Source: Minisyncoccota bacterium (GTDB taxonomy: Bacteria; Patescibacteriota; Minisyncoccia; Phycocordibacterales; JABAAK01). From it: 64,000 nt of DNA. The notes beneath the pieces were generated by a model. The model was not told where the DNA came from. It was given only the letters and a program-made list of their open reading frames with translations, and did no database searches. Below, piece after piece: positions 1 to 9,041 of this stretch (positions are counted from its first letter, which is position 1; each line of letters starts with the position of its first letter). The translations under genes were made by a program, and so were the position numbers. The DNA lies in assembly GCA_965216295.1 (NCBI GenBank), contig OZ244141.1, positions 295,671 through 359,670 of the forward strand, in the 5' to 3' direction.

Positions 1-2
1 TA

Positions 3-995
3 GTCTTAGAAGCTGGGATAGAAGAGCCGGGTGATATGGCACGTGTGGTAAAGCTCATACAGCCAGATATGACAGTGCTGACACAACTTGCTGAAACACC
101 AGTTCATGTCGCTCAGTTTGAAAATCGGCAAGCACTCTATGACGAAAAAGAATTATTGATTACAGCAACAAAAGAGAGAGGAACACTTGTGTTTAACATC
201 AATGACTCATATCAACACCCTATGGTAGAACGTGCACACGCAACTATTCGTCGTGTTAGTTTTGGTGGGGAAGAAGGATCGATGGTGCGGTGTGTCAATA
301 GAATGCCGATTGTTGAAGATGGAAAACCCGTTGGTAGTGAAGTGACACTTGCAATACGCGGGACTAACGAGACGTTCTTTATTCCAGGAGCTCTTGGTTT
401 TGGTGTGATGAACTCCCTTATCGCGGCAGTTACCGTAGGAGTTCTCTGTAACGTATCTGTTGAGAGTATGCGTCGTTCTGTTGCATCGTATACAACACCG
501 CCAGGAAGGATGCGTATTGTTCCTGGTGTGCAAGGGAGTACCATTCTTGATGATTCATACAACGCATCGCCCATAGCGGCGGTTTGTGCATTAGAGGAAC
601 TTGGGTTTTTTAAAGAGTCAAAACGGATTGTTGTTTTTGGTGAAATGATTCAGTTAGGTGATGCAACACAGCGAGCGTACACAAGAATTGGTGAAGTTGC
701 CGCAGAGTGTGCTGATATTGTTGTGACAGTAGGAGAAGGTGCCTTTCCCATCGCAGAGAGTGCTGTGACACAGGGGGCAAAGGTATACCGTATGGAAAAC
801 AGTACAGCAGCCAAACAGGTGCTGGATGATATTATTGATGAAAAGACGGTGGTGCTTTTCAAAGGATCACAGGTAGCACGAATGGAAAAACTACTAAAAC
901 ACTACGTTGATAAGCGTATTGATGTGAAAAGAATCTTGGTACGACAGGAGGATCAGTGGCAAAAAACAGATATGGACTTTTTTTTGAAACAATGA
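3..995 (+). CDS. murF: UDP-N-acetylmuramoyl-tripeptide--D-Ala-D-Ala ligase (5' truncated by window)
   Basis: Frame is open from nt 3 (VLEAGIEEPGDM). Mur ligase motifs PGRM, ILDDSYNASP, GEMIQLG and FKGS. Confidence 0.9.
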   Translation, partial: VLEAGIEEPGDMARVVKLIQPDMTVLTQLAETPVHVAQFENRQALYDEKELLITATKERGTLVFNINDSYQHPMVERAHATIRRVSFGGEEGSMVRCVNRMPIVEDGKPVGSEVTLAIRGTNETFFIPGALGFGVMNSLIAAVTVGVLCNVSVESMRRSVASYTTPPGRMRIVPGVQGSTILDDSYNASPIAAVCALEELGFFKESKRIVVFGEMIQLGDATQRAYTRIGEVAAECADIVVTVGEGAFPIAESAVTQGAKVYRMENSTAAKQVLDDIIDEKTVVLFKGSQVARMEKLLKHYVDKRIDVKRILVRQEDQWQKTDMDFFLKQ

Positions 996-1007
996 TACGA
1001 TAGGAGC

Positions 1008-1652
1008 ATGAAAGTATTATTTCTCAACTGTACGTTGAAATACGCACCAGATATTTCTAATACAGAAGCACTCATTCTGAAAGCGAAGAAAGAGTATGAA
1101 AAATTTGATGCTGAGTGTGAAATAGTACGTATCAATGATTACAATATTAAGTTTGGCGTTTCTTCAGATGAAGGTGGTGGTGATGAATGGCCAAAAGTGC
1201 TTGAGAAGATAAAGCAGGCTGATATTCTCATTGTAGGAATGCCAATATGGTTTGGTGTGAGAAGTTCGGTAGCACAATTATTGATTGAACGACTTGATGG
1301 TACCTATGATGAGGTAGACAAGACAACAGGGCAGTTCCCACTCTACAACAAGATAGCTGGAGTTATGGTGACTGGTAACGAAGACGGGGCACATGATTGT
1401 TGCGCAACTACGCTATACAACCTTTCTCACCTCGGTTGTGTTGTTCCACCAAATTCTGACTCATACTGGGTTGGCGATGCTGGACCAGGACCAAGTTATA
1501 TTGAAGCAGGTGGTGATAAACACCTCTATACAAACAAAACAACCAAGTTTATGGTTCGAAACACACTTCATATGGCAAAAGTAATGAAGGAAATGCCATT
1601 GAAGATAAATCTTTCAGAGGTTATTGAAGAGGCAAAGAAAGAGTCACGATAA
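1008..1652 (+). CDS. Flavodoxin family / NADPH-dependent FMN reductase
   Basis: LNCTLK..SNT FMN-binding start, ADILIVGMPIWFG, VTGNEDG. Confidence 0.85.
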   Translation: MKVLFLNCTLKYAPDISNTEALILKAKKEYEKFDAECEIVRINDYNIKFGVSSDEGGGDEWPKVLEKIKQADILIVGMPIWFGVRSSVAQLLIERLDGTYDEVDKTTGQFPLYNKIAGVMVTGNEDGAHDCCATTLYNLSHLGCVVPPNSDSYWVGDAGPGPSYIEAGGDKHLYTNKTTKFMVRNTLHMAKVMKEMPLKINLSEVIEEAKKESR

Positions 1653-1667
1653 TGATATACTTAATAT

Positions 1668-2036
1668 ATGGGTAAATATACAGCAGTCCTTCTTATTATT
1701 ACTGTCATTCTTTTGATACTTTACTTTTTTGGTAATAATGGTAATAAAAGAGATGCTCTTGCTAATACCACTCCGCCATCAGAAGTAACAAAGCTTGGTG
1801 CTTGTGCTATAACAGGATGTAATAGTCATTTGTGTGTAGAGAAAGATCAGGCTAATGATATTGTTACAACGTGTGAATTTCTCCCTGTCTATGCTTGTTA
1901 TCAAAATGTTGGTGTGTGTGAGTGGCAGATTGATGACAATGCCTGTGGTTGGACACAGACGGATGAATTGAAACAGTGTATCGTAGAGGTAGAAAAAGAA
2001 GACGCTCTTAATCGTTCTGTTTACGAGGCTATATAG
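1668..2036 (+). CDS. Membrane-anchored protein with an eight-cysteine cluster domain
   Basis: N-terminal hydrophobic helix, then 8 Cys in the pattern C-GC-C-TTC-C-C-CGW-C. Confidence 0.7.
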   Translation: MGKYTAVLLIITVILLILYFFGNNGNKRDALANTTPPSEVTKLGACAITGCNSHLCVEKDQANDIVTTCEFLPVYACYQNVGVCEWQIDDNACGWTQTDELKQCIVEVEKEDALNRSVYEAI

Positions 2037-2107
2037 GCCCCATCGTCTAGCGGCTAGGACGTAGCCCTCTCACGGCTGAAACCGGGGTTCGATTCCCCGT
2101 GGGGTCA
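2036..2107 (+). tRNA. tRNA-Glu(CTC), CCA not encoded
   Basis: Acceptor stem GGCCCCA/TGGGGTC, anticodon arm TAGCC-CT CTC AC-GGCTG, T loop GGTTCGATTCC. First base is shared with the upstream TAG stop. Confidence 0.95.
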
Positions 2108-2204
2108 CATACAGATAATTATTTACATCAATAAATTTAAGGTTGAGTTTTTTATACATAACACAGCTTATATTTTTTAAAATATAAGCTATACTTAACT
2201 TAAT

Positions 2205-3296
2205 ATGAGTAACACAAGGTGGAGCAGGATACCAAAAAATATAAGAAAAAATGTTCATGGAATGTGTAGCTATCTAGCGATGTTTCCACCAAATATTCCA
2301 AACTATTTTATTAAAAAATATACAAAAGAAGGTGATGTTGTTTTAGATCCATTTTCCGGAAGAGGTACTACTATCACAGAGGCTTCCTATCTCAACAGAA
2401 AGGCAATAGGTTCAGATTTAAACCCATTAGCAATAGTTTTATCTCGTGCCAAAGTTAGTGTCCCATCAAGAAATTCTATAATTAGAAGAATAAAAAAAAT
2501 TGAAACAGATTTTAAAAAATCAAAAAAAAATAGTATCATCAATCAAGAAAAAAATATAAAGATGATTTTTAATCCTAGTACACTAAGAGAATTAGTTTTT
2601 CTTCAAGATAATTTAAATTGGAAAAAAAATAGAATTGATAATTACATAACTGCAATGATTCTAGGGATTTTACACGGCGGATCAAAAAATTATCTATCAA
2701 TTCAAATGCCTAATACTTTTTCAATGTCTCCAAACTACATCAAAAGTTATATAAAAAAAGAAGGATTGAAAAAAGAATATAGAAATGTATTTAAATGTCT
2801 TCGTAAAAAATTTGAGAATTGTTATGATAAACCAAATATTGCAGGGAATGTATTTAAACAGAATGCATTAAAGATGAATAAGGTGAAAAAAAATAGCGTA
2901 AATTTGATAATCACATCACCACCATATTTAGACGTAATTAAATACGGACAATATAATTGGATAAGGCTTTGGTTTATAAAAGAGGGTGCGAGAAAGATAG
3001 ATCAAACACTATTTACATCTCAATCTCTAAATAAGTATGTTAATTTTATGAAAGATTTTTTAAACCAATCAAAAAAAGTACTAAAAAGAAACGGAAAAAT
3101 TATACTAATAATAGGTGATGTTAGAGGTTTAAATCTTGCGAAAAAAGTTTGGGAAAATAGCGCGGAACCACTCGGTTATGTAAAAGAATATTTGTTAAAG
3201 GATGAAATTGATGAAAACACAAAAACTACAAAAATATGGAATGAAAGAAAGGGAAAAGCTACGAAAATTGATAGAGTTCTTATTTTGTCAAACTAG
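2205..3296 (+). CDS. Site-specific DNA amino-methyltransferase (likely m4C, alpha-type motif order)
   Basis: Motif X-like SYLAMFP, motif I VLDPFSGRGTT, and motif IV LIITSPPY after a long TRD-sized spacer. Confidence 0.9.
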   Translation: MSNTRWSRIPKNIRKNVHGMCSYLAMFPPNIPNYFIKKYTKEGDVVLDPFSGRGTTITEASYLNRKAIGSDLNPLAIVLSRAKVSVPSRNSIIRRIKKIETDFKKSKKNSIINQEKNIKMIFNPSTLRELVFLQDNLNWKKNRIDNYITAMILGILHGGSKNYLSIQMPNTFSMSPNYIKSYIKKEGLKKEYRNVFKCLRKKFENCYDKPNIAGNVFKQNALKMNKVKKNSVNLIITSPPYLDVIKYGQYNWIRLWFIKEGARKIDQTLFTSQSLNKYVNFMKDFLNQSKKVLKRNGKIILIIGDVRGLNLAKKVWENSAEPLGYVKEYLLKDEIDENTKTTKIWNERKGKATKIDRVLILSN

Positions 3297-5522
3297 CTTA
3301 TGAAAAATTAATAATTGTAATATTGTACTACTGGCGACAGAAAGCGCCTCATTTTTAAATTCATTGATTGTAGATTCATCTGCAGATTCACCTTTGTCAC
3401 CAACAAAAAGAGAATCAAGATTTTTTGAATGTTCTAAATTAAAACAGGAGTATGCAAGAAATATAGAATAGTGACTTTTCATCTTTTCAATATTTTTTAT
3501 TTTATTCTTTTTTATAAAAGATTGATAATATTTATTAGAGAGATTTATGAAAATTATAATATTATTTTTTGTTTCTTCATATTTTGCAAAATCTTTCTCA
3601 TTGTTAAAAACCCTTTTCCATATTTCGTAAGTTTTTTTATCATCTTTTGATACAGATTTAATTTCAGGAGAACCACGTAAATTTTTTTTATTACCAGAAT
3701 TCTCCTCAATAATAAATATCACCCTCCCTTCACTTATTAAATCTTTTTTATGCGAATTTAACAAAACATGAACTTTAAAATTTTTACCTATTTTTGCAAC
3801 ATTACTTAGAGCACATCTAATTCTGCTTCTACCGCCAAAGAAATTATCTATTTGTATAGAATCTTTTTTAATATATTTTTTACTTTCGTCAATTAATTTG
3901 AGTTGATAGTATTTTGAGGTCTCATTTGATAAATCAGATTCAATATTTAAAGTTAATATTTTACCTATTTTTGCATTTATAGGAGGTTGGTTTGTTATTT
4001 TTATATATGTAGGAAAATCTTTTGTTTCAATTATTTTTTTCTTTCCACCATCACCCGATCCATTACCACCCGATCCACCATCACCTTCAGTTTTTTCATC
4101 ACCCGAAATACTTATTTGTCCAACAAGTAAATTATTTTTTAACATTTTTGCTAAAATTTCTTGCATTTTTTCAGATCCCTTTTGCATACCTTTTGCTGCT
4201 TCTTCAGAATATTTTCTACTTTGTTCATCCAACAGGATAGGGTCATCAGAGATAAACTTAACTATCTCTTCTTTAATTTTCTGCCTAGATTCATTCGTTA
4301 ATCTTTGTCTATCTGTAATAAATGTCTTTTTTTTGCTTTCATTAGAAATTTTATTGCAGTTAACTTCTATAATTAAATTTTCTTTTAATTGTGGGAGTTT
4401 TGCATTTTCTTCAATTAGGCGTCTTGAAAATTTTCCATGTACTTGTCCATTGAATGTTACTAAAATGGGATTTTTACAATCATGTAAAAAACGATTTACC
4501 TTTTGACTTTCACCATTTTTATCATCCTTTAGATAATAGTATGTCAAAACTATTTCCTCCCCATCATTAAAATATTGAGATACTGTAGTTTTATTAAGTA
4601 TTTTATTTTCTTCAACATTATTTATCAACCTTCTTTTTAAACCTTGCATGTTTTTTACATTCCATTGCTCTGGTTTATCTTTTTTGTCTCTATTAAAATA
4701 CCCTATTTTATATGCAAATGCAGGGTTGAAAAGTATTTCATCACAGACCTTATAAAACTCACGTCCAATTATATTTTTTTCAAATTCAATGTGAAAAACA
4801 AGAGTGCCAAAAAAATCCTTTTTAAATCCTTTGTTAATTTCAGAATTAAAAGTTTCCTTCATTTCATCAAAGGGAATTGTTATTGGTAAATCGTCTTCAG
4901 ATGAAACTAGGTATTCATATTTTCCCTGTTTTGCAAACTCATCATCATCTAAGGAATTAAATCGTATAATTGTAAATGAAAGATTTGTATCTTTAACTGA
5001 ACAAATTATCGTATATTTATTACCACCGCAAACCGTCGATCCACCTTGACCAAAAGACCCCATTGTATATTTTTTTCTAAATTTATTAGAGGCATTTAAA
5101 GATAATATAGTATTTGTCATTTCTTCATTTGTTAAACCCACACCATTGTCCCAAAACAAAAAATTAGTAAATTTTTTTGTTTTATGTATTTCCACAAAAA
5201 TGTCATCTTTATGTATTTCTTCATTTTTTTCTTTTAAAAAATTAATAACATCATAAGGGCTATTAAAATTTTCAAATTCTTTATATTTTTTTGCAAATTT
5301 TTCTATATATGCATCAATTGAATTTGTTATACGTTCTAGAAGTAAACCCACATCAGCATCAGCTGAATGTACTGTTGAATAGTTTGCCTCTCTGTCACCC
5401 AAATCTCTCCATTTCAGTTTATCGTCATCATTCAAAGATGACACTATTTGATCAACTTCAACAGTTTCTATATTTCTTTTTTGCAAAAAGGATTTTATAA
5501 TTTTTCTGATGTCATTTCTCAT
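3288..5522 (-). CDS. GHKL (MutL/MORC/TopoVI-B-like) ATPase with a long C-terminal extension
   Basis: N-box LLERITNSIDA, G1 WDNGVGL, G2 GSFGQGG, transducer-like TFNGQVHG...DRQR, then a Gly-rich linker and a beta-rich domain. Confidence 0.8.
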   Translation of the reverse strand: MRNDIRKIIKSFLQKRNIETVEVDQIVSSLNDDDKLKWRDLGDREANYSTVHSADADVGLLLERITNSIDAYIEKFAKKYKEFENFNSPYDVINFLKEKNEEIHKDDIFVEIHKTKKFTNFLFWDNGVGLTNEEMTNTILSLNASNKFRKKYTMGSFGQGGSTVCGGNKYTIICSVKDTNLSFTIIRFNSLDDDEFAKQGKYEYLVSSEDDLPITIPFDEMKETFNSEINKGFKKDFFGTLVFHIEFEKNIIGREFYKVCDEILFNPAFAYKIGYFNRDKKDKPEQWNVKNMQGLKRRLINNVEENKILNKTTVSQYFNDGEEIVLTYYYLKDDKNGESQKVNRFLHDCKNPILVTFNGQVHGKFSRRLIEENAKLPQLKENLIIEVNCNKISNESKKKTFITDRQRLTNESRQKIKEEIVKFISDDPILLDEQSRKYSEEAAKGMQKGSEKMQEILAKMLKNNLLVGQISISGDEKTEGDGGSGGNGSGDGGKKKIIETKDFPTYIKITNQPPINAKIGKILTLNIESDLSNETSKYYQLKLIDESKKYIKKDSIQIDNFFGGRSRIRCALSNVAKIGKNFKVHVLLNSHKKDLISEGRVIFIIEENSGNKKNLRGSPEIKSVSKDDKKTYEIWKRVFNNEKDFAKYEETKNNIIIFINLSNKYYQSFIKKNKIKNIEKMKSHYSIFLAYSCFNLEHSKNLDSLFVGDKGESADESTINEFKNEALSVASSTILQLLIFHKLV

Positions 5523-5746
5523 AATCTAAACTTTTTATTTCTTTTATAATGAAACTTACTTTTTATATTTTTTACCTCTATTTCTATTTCTTTAAATATT
5601 TTTTGAATTTCCGCTTCATTATATTCATATGCACTTCTGTTAGCGCAATTTCCAAGTATTTTTAGAGACTTAAGAACCATGTTAGTTCTATAGTTAGCTA
5701 ATCTTCTAAATCTATCCCTTTTTTCCTTTGGTTTATTATTTATCAT
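5519..5746 (-). CDS. Small basic helical protein (KRxRFxRLA..RT...LGNCAN..YEY), translationally coupled to the GHKL gene
   Basis: 75 aa, basic and predicted all-alpha. 4-nt ATGA overlap with the GHKL start. Confidence 0.75.
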   Translation of the reverse strand: MINNKPKEKRDRFRRLANYRTNMVLKSLKILGNCANRSAYEYNEAEIQKIFKEIEIEVKNIKSKFHYKRNKKFRL

Positions 5747-5804
5747 AAATACGTAGTGTATTTATATATATATCATATCCTTATGTTATTTGTCAATTAT
5801 AAGG
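5745..5804 (-). promoter_or_regulatory. Promoter/operator region of the small-protein/GHKL operon
   Basis: Perfect inverted repeat ATAAATAC-N5-GTATTTAT at 5745-5765 over the start codon. CCTTAT-N14-ATAAGG at 5779-5804 encloses a minus-strand TTGACA (5791-5796). Confidence 0.45.
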
Positions 5805-5876
5805 TGTCTTAGTGTTTAATAAAGAAAATTTGTGATTGTAAATATGGAGAAAAGGTATCAAAAAATAAACAAAACT

Positions 5877-6686
5877 CTATTCCTCCAAAATATAGTAGGT
5901 GATAGAAGAATATGAGGTTATCTTATTCTCACCAACACTAATAGGCACATCAGCTACATCTAACGACGAGGATTCTAAACTAACAGATTTGGCACCGTAT
6001 TGTGAAGAGTTTCGATATGGAGAAGCACCACCACCACCTATATTCACACTCATTACCTTACCGAGACGTATACCCGTCTCTTTTGATACCTTTTTCGCTC
6101 TCTCCTTTGCATTTTTCACTGAAAGGACAAGAGCATCATCTTGCAATTCTCGCTGTTTTTCAGGATCAACCAAGAACTGAAGATTACTCACATTTTCAAC
6201 ACCTTTGTCGGAGATAGCAGAGAGGATACCTGCAGCAGCATCTAAATCTCGTATCGTTATCGCAGTAGTATGAGTTACTTCATATCCTTTAAATACTCGT
6301 TTGCGAGTACCTTTTTTAGCAAGTATTTCATACTCATACTTTGGATGTATAGAATAGGTGATTGTTTTAACATCTTCGTCATCAATCTTAGCCTTTTTAT
6401 CCAAATAATTATATATATCAGACACCTTCTCAGAAACCGCAACTCTTGCTTGAGAAACATCATCATTCAATTCTCGAACAGTGAAACTCAACTGTGCTAT
6501 GTCTGGGATAGCGAGTACTTCTCCGTATCCAGTAAAGGTGAGCGTATCTCTCTCATTCAAATTAGCAACTCTATTTTCTCTGTATGTGTAGGATAAGACA
6601 GCAATAGAAATAACGACAAGTAAAACCGTAGCAGAAAGCATGAGTGCTATGAGAGCTTTGGTTTTTTTATCCATATCTGCGAACAT
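5877..6686 (-). CDS. SIMPL (DUF541) domain protein
   Basis: N-terminal TM helix; TFTGYGEVLAIPDIAQLSFTV; AKERA...GIRLGKV. Confidence 0.85.
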   Translation of the reverse strand: MFADMDKKTKALIALMLSATVLLVVISIAVLSYTYRENRVANLNERDTLTFTGYGEVLAIPDIAQLSFTVRELNDDVSQARVAVSEKVSDIYNYLDKKAKIDDEDVKTITYSIHPKYEYEILAKKGTRKRVFKGYEVTHTTAITIRDLDAAAGILSAISDKGVENVSNLQFLVDPEKQRELQDDALVLSVKNAKERAKKVSKETGIRLGKVMSVNIGGGGASPYRNSSQYGAKSVSLESSSLDVADVPISVGENKITSYSSITYYILEE

Positions 6687-6700
6687 CAGTATCAGTATAC

Positions 6701-7705
6701 CTATAATGTTTCAGAAGCGTCAACTGATGGAACACTCTCTAAAACAACACCATCATCTTTGTGACTTGTAATAAATGAAAACCACAATTCATAGTAACCA
6801 GGAATGTGCTTCGTGCCATTGTAAGCATTAATAACATCTCCATCTCGTTTCACCGTAACGCTGAGATTATCGTGTGAAAAGATTCTCTCTCCAGGGATGA
6901 TCTGAGAGTATTGAATAGCCGCAAACTGCTCACCAATTGGAATGATGTAGAACAATTCTTTTGCAAAAAATCGTTTATCGGTATGACTCACCGGAAAGAG
7001 TATCCTTTCATCTTGTTCATAGTCTCCGTATGGATAGACGCTGTAGTTTCTTAAGTGCCCAGTCTCTCTACTAACAACAGAGGTATTTGGGAATTTTGTT
7101 TTCACTTCACCAAAAGAGAGTAGTTGCAATGGCAGTAGTGTGAGTTTGGTTCCAGTATATTTTCCAATCACTGCTTCACCCCGTGATTGAGACCACAGTG
7201 ATTCTGTTTTTTTATCATACATGAGTAAGTTTGATTCCAAGAGGAGTCCACTCACACCAAATTCAAAAACCGCATCATCAATGCGCCTGTCGTACACTAT
7301 CCCAGAAGAGCAGAGTGGGCAAAAGGTAACGGCAATTGGTATACCCCCAACGATATCATTAATTATTTCATGCCATACCAAGATAGAGTAGGGATAAAAG
7401 ACACTCTCTCCATTGAGAGAAACATATATTCCTCTGCCATTGTCTTTCTCCTGAGCATCTTCCAGTGAAACACGCTTCGGACTGTAGAGCGCTGGTATGC
7501 CGTCTTTTGAGACTCCACCTGATAAAACGGTATCTATAGCAACAGAGGAGATACTGGTATCTGTCTTTAAACTGTATTTCTGAAAGGCATGAGCGCTAGA
7601 TTCCTCTTGTTTGTCATCATATAAGATTTGTTTTGTCTCGTACGAGGAGAACAGAGTGTAGCCGATAGGGATACTGACAAGAAAAACGAGTATATACCAT
7701 TTCAT
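6701..7705 (-). CDS. DUF3179 domain exported protein
   Basis: GGVSKDGIPAL, WHEIIND, VTFCPLCSSG, FGVSGLL..SNLLMYD.TESLWSQ. Confidence 0.85.
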   Translation of the reverse strand: MKWYILVFLVSIPIGYTLFSSYETKQILYDDKQEESSAHAFQKYSLKTDTSISSVAIDTVLSGGVSKDGIPALYSPKRVSLEDAQEKDNGRGIYVSLNGESVFYPYSILVWHEIINDIVGGIPIAVTFCPLCSSGIVYDRRIDDAVFEFGVSGLLLESNLLMYDKKTESLWSQSRGEAVIGKYTGTKLTLLPLQLLSFGEVKTKFPNTSVVSRETGHLRNYSVYPYGDYEQDERILFPVSHTDKRFFAKELFYIIPIGEQFAAIQYSQIIPGERIFSHDNLSVTVKRDGDVINAYNGTKHIPGYYELWFSFITSHKDDGVVLESVPSVDASETL

Positions 7706-7720
7706 AGTAATCAGTATATG

Positions 7721-8647
7721 CTATCGGTAGTTTAAAAGAGAGAGGAGTGCCATTCGGACGTAGAGGCCATTTTCTGCTTGTTTGAAATACCACGCTCGTT
7801 TGTTATCATCCACATCTACATCAAGTTCATCAACTCGTGGCAAAGGGTGCAATATGATAGCCTCATCTTTCATTGTTTCAGCAAGATCATTATTGAGGAT
7901 AAATCGACCCTTCATCCTTGTATATTCTTCTTCATTAGTGAATCGTTCTTTTTGTATTCTTGTCATGTAGCACACATCAGTGTCTTTGAGAGAGTTTCGT
8001 AGGTCATCTGTCTCTGTGTACGATACATTGTTTTCTTCTAAGAACTCCCGCATACCATCTGCTATTTTTGAATTTTCTGTTGAGACGAAGGTAAACGTAT
8101 TATTAAAACGAGAGAGGAGGTAGAGAAGAGAGTTCACCGTTCTACTCCGCAACAAATCACCAACGATAGTTATCGAAAGCCCTTCTAACCGTCCAAATTT
8201 CTCGTAAATGGTGTACATATCAAGAAGTGTCTGTGTCGGGTGTTGTGCCATACCTGAACCAGCATTGATGATGGGTATTTCTGCAACCCGAATTGCCTTA
8301 TCAGAAGAAGTGTCTTCGGTGTGTCGTATGATAACGGCATCAACATAGTTGTTCAACATCCGTATCGTATCCTCAATTGTTTCATTCTTATACGCAGAAG
8401 AAAAAATTGATGCGTTTTCTGTCCCTATCGTTTTTCCTCCCAATTTAAGAATTGCACTTTCAAATGAAAACTTTGTTCGTGTTGAGGGTTCATAAAAAAG
8501 AATGGCAAATATTTTGCCATTCAAACAGTCAGATTCTTTTTTTTCTTTAAACCGTTTCGTTTTATCAATCAGTGTATCTATATACTCTCGTGTAAATTGT
8601 TTTGTATGTATAATGTGATTTTTTGGACTCAGTGTTTTATAGTTCAT
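7721..8647 (-). CDS. pyrB: Aspartate carbamoyltransferase catalytic subunit
   Basis: FYEPSTRT, HPTQTLLD, VGDL..SRTVNS, YMTRIQKER, HPLPR. Confidence 0.95.
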   Translation of the reverse strand: MNYKTLSPKNHIIHTKQFTREYIDTLIDKTKRFKEKKESDCLNGKIFAILFYEPSTRTKFSFESAILKLGGKTIGTENASIFSSAYKNETIEDTIRMLNNYVDAVIIRHTEDTSSDKAIRVAEIPIINAGSGMAQHPTQTLLDMYTIYEKFGRLEGLSITIVGDLLRSRTVNSLLYLLSRFNNTFTFVSTENSKIADGMREFLEENNVSYTETDDLRNSLKDTDVCYMTRIQKERFTNEEEYTRMKGRFILNNDLAETMKDEAIILHPLPRVDELDVDVDDNKRAWYFKQAENGLYVRMALLSLLNYR

Positions 8648-8724
8648 ACACTGGAGAGGATTGTACCATCAAGAATTTGCTGAAAAAGAAAAAACAGTTC
8701 TCGTGTGGGGATAACACATGACGA

Positions 8725-8997
8725 TTACTGCCTAAATCGGTCATAGTATTCTTTATCAGTGACAAGACCGCCATAGGGAAGTCGACATTCTCCTGATTGT
8801 CCTCCTTGTGCATCTTCAACAATGTTGTAAATACCATTATTCTCATCAACACACCAAACAGCAGCAGGCGCTGCACGTTGCACTGAACCACCATTTTCAG
8901 TTTGATTATCTATCGCAAAATGATCTGCGACAAGCACTACGATGCCGATGACAAAGACAACAACGGCAACTGCTATTATGCTATAGCGCATGGACAT
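8725..8997 (-). CDS. DUF333 (putative hemolysin-like) membrane-anchored small protein
   Basis: TM helix, then PAAVWC...G...GECRLP.G. Confidence 0.6.
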   Translation of the reverse strand: MSMRYSIIAVAVVVFVIGIVVLVADHFAIDNQTENGGSVQRAAPAAVWCVDENNGIYNIVEDAQGGQSGECRLPYGGLVTDKEYYDRFRQ

Positions 8998-9041
8998 AAC
9001 AACTTTACTGTACCGTACCCCCACAGAGAAAGCAAGAGAAG

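Larger units (their letters stand above)
2108..5870. mobile_element. Low-GC genomic island (3 genes) at the tRNA-Glu 3' end; no integrase seen
   Basis: GC drops abruptly to roughly 20-27% (by eye) right after the tRNA and recovers near 5877. Gene content is defence-like. Confidence 0.75.

Noticed and set aside
4046-4085. GC-rich CCACCATCACC/CCGATCCA repeats inside the AT-rich island
   Set aside because: They simply encode the Gly-rich linker of the GHKL protein.
3288-5522. Calling the GHKL gene topoisomerase VI-B, MutL or Hsp90
   Set aside because: There is no TopoVI-A partner, no MutL GFRGEAL motif and no Hsp90 signature. The context is a methyltransferase island.
5747-5876. attR copy of the tRNA-Glu 3' end, or an integrase, closing the first island
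   Set aside because: No match to the tRNA 3' sequence and no recombinase ORF is visible. The boundary rests on composition only.
8637-8894. 85-aa ORF overlapping the DUF333 gene
   Set aside because: Alternative-frame shadow with no motif. The overlapping frame has a TM helix and a Cys motif.
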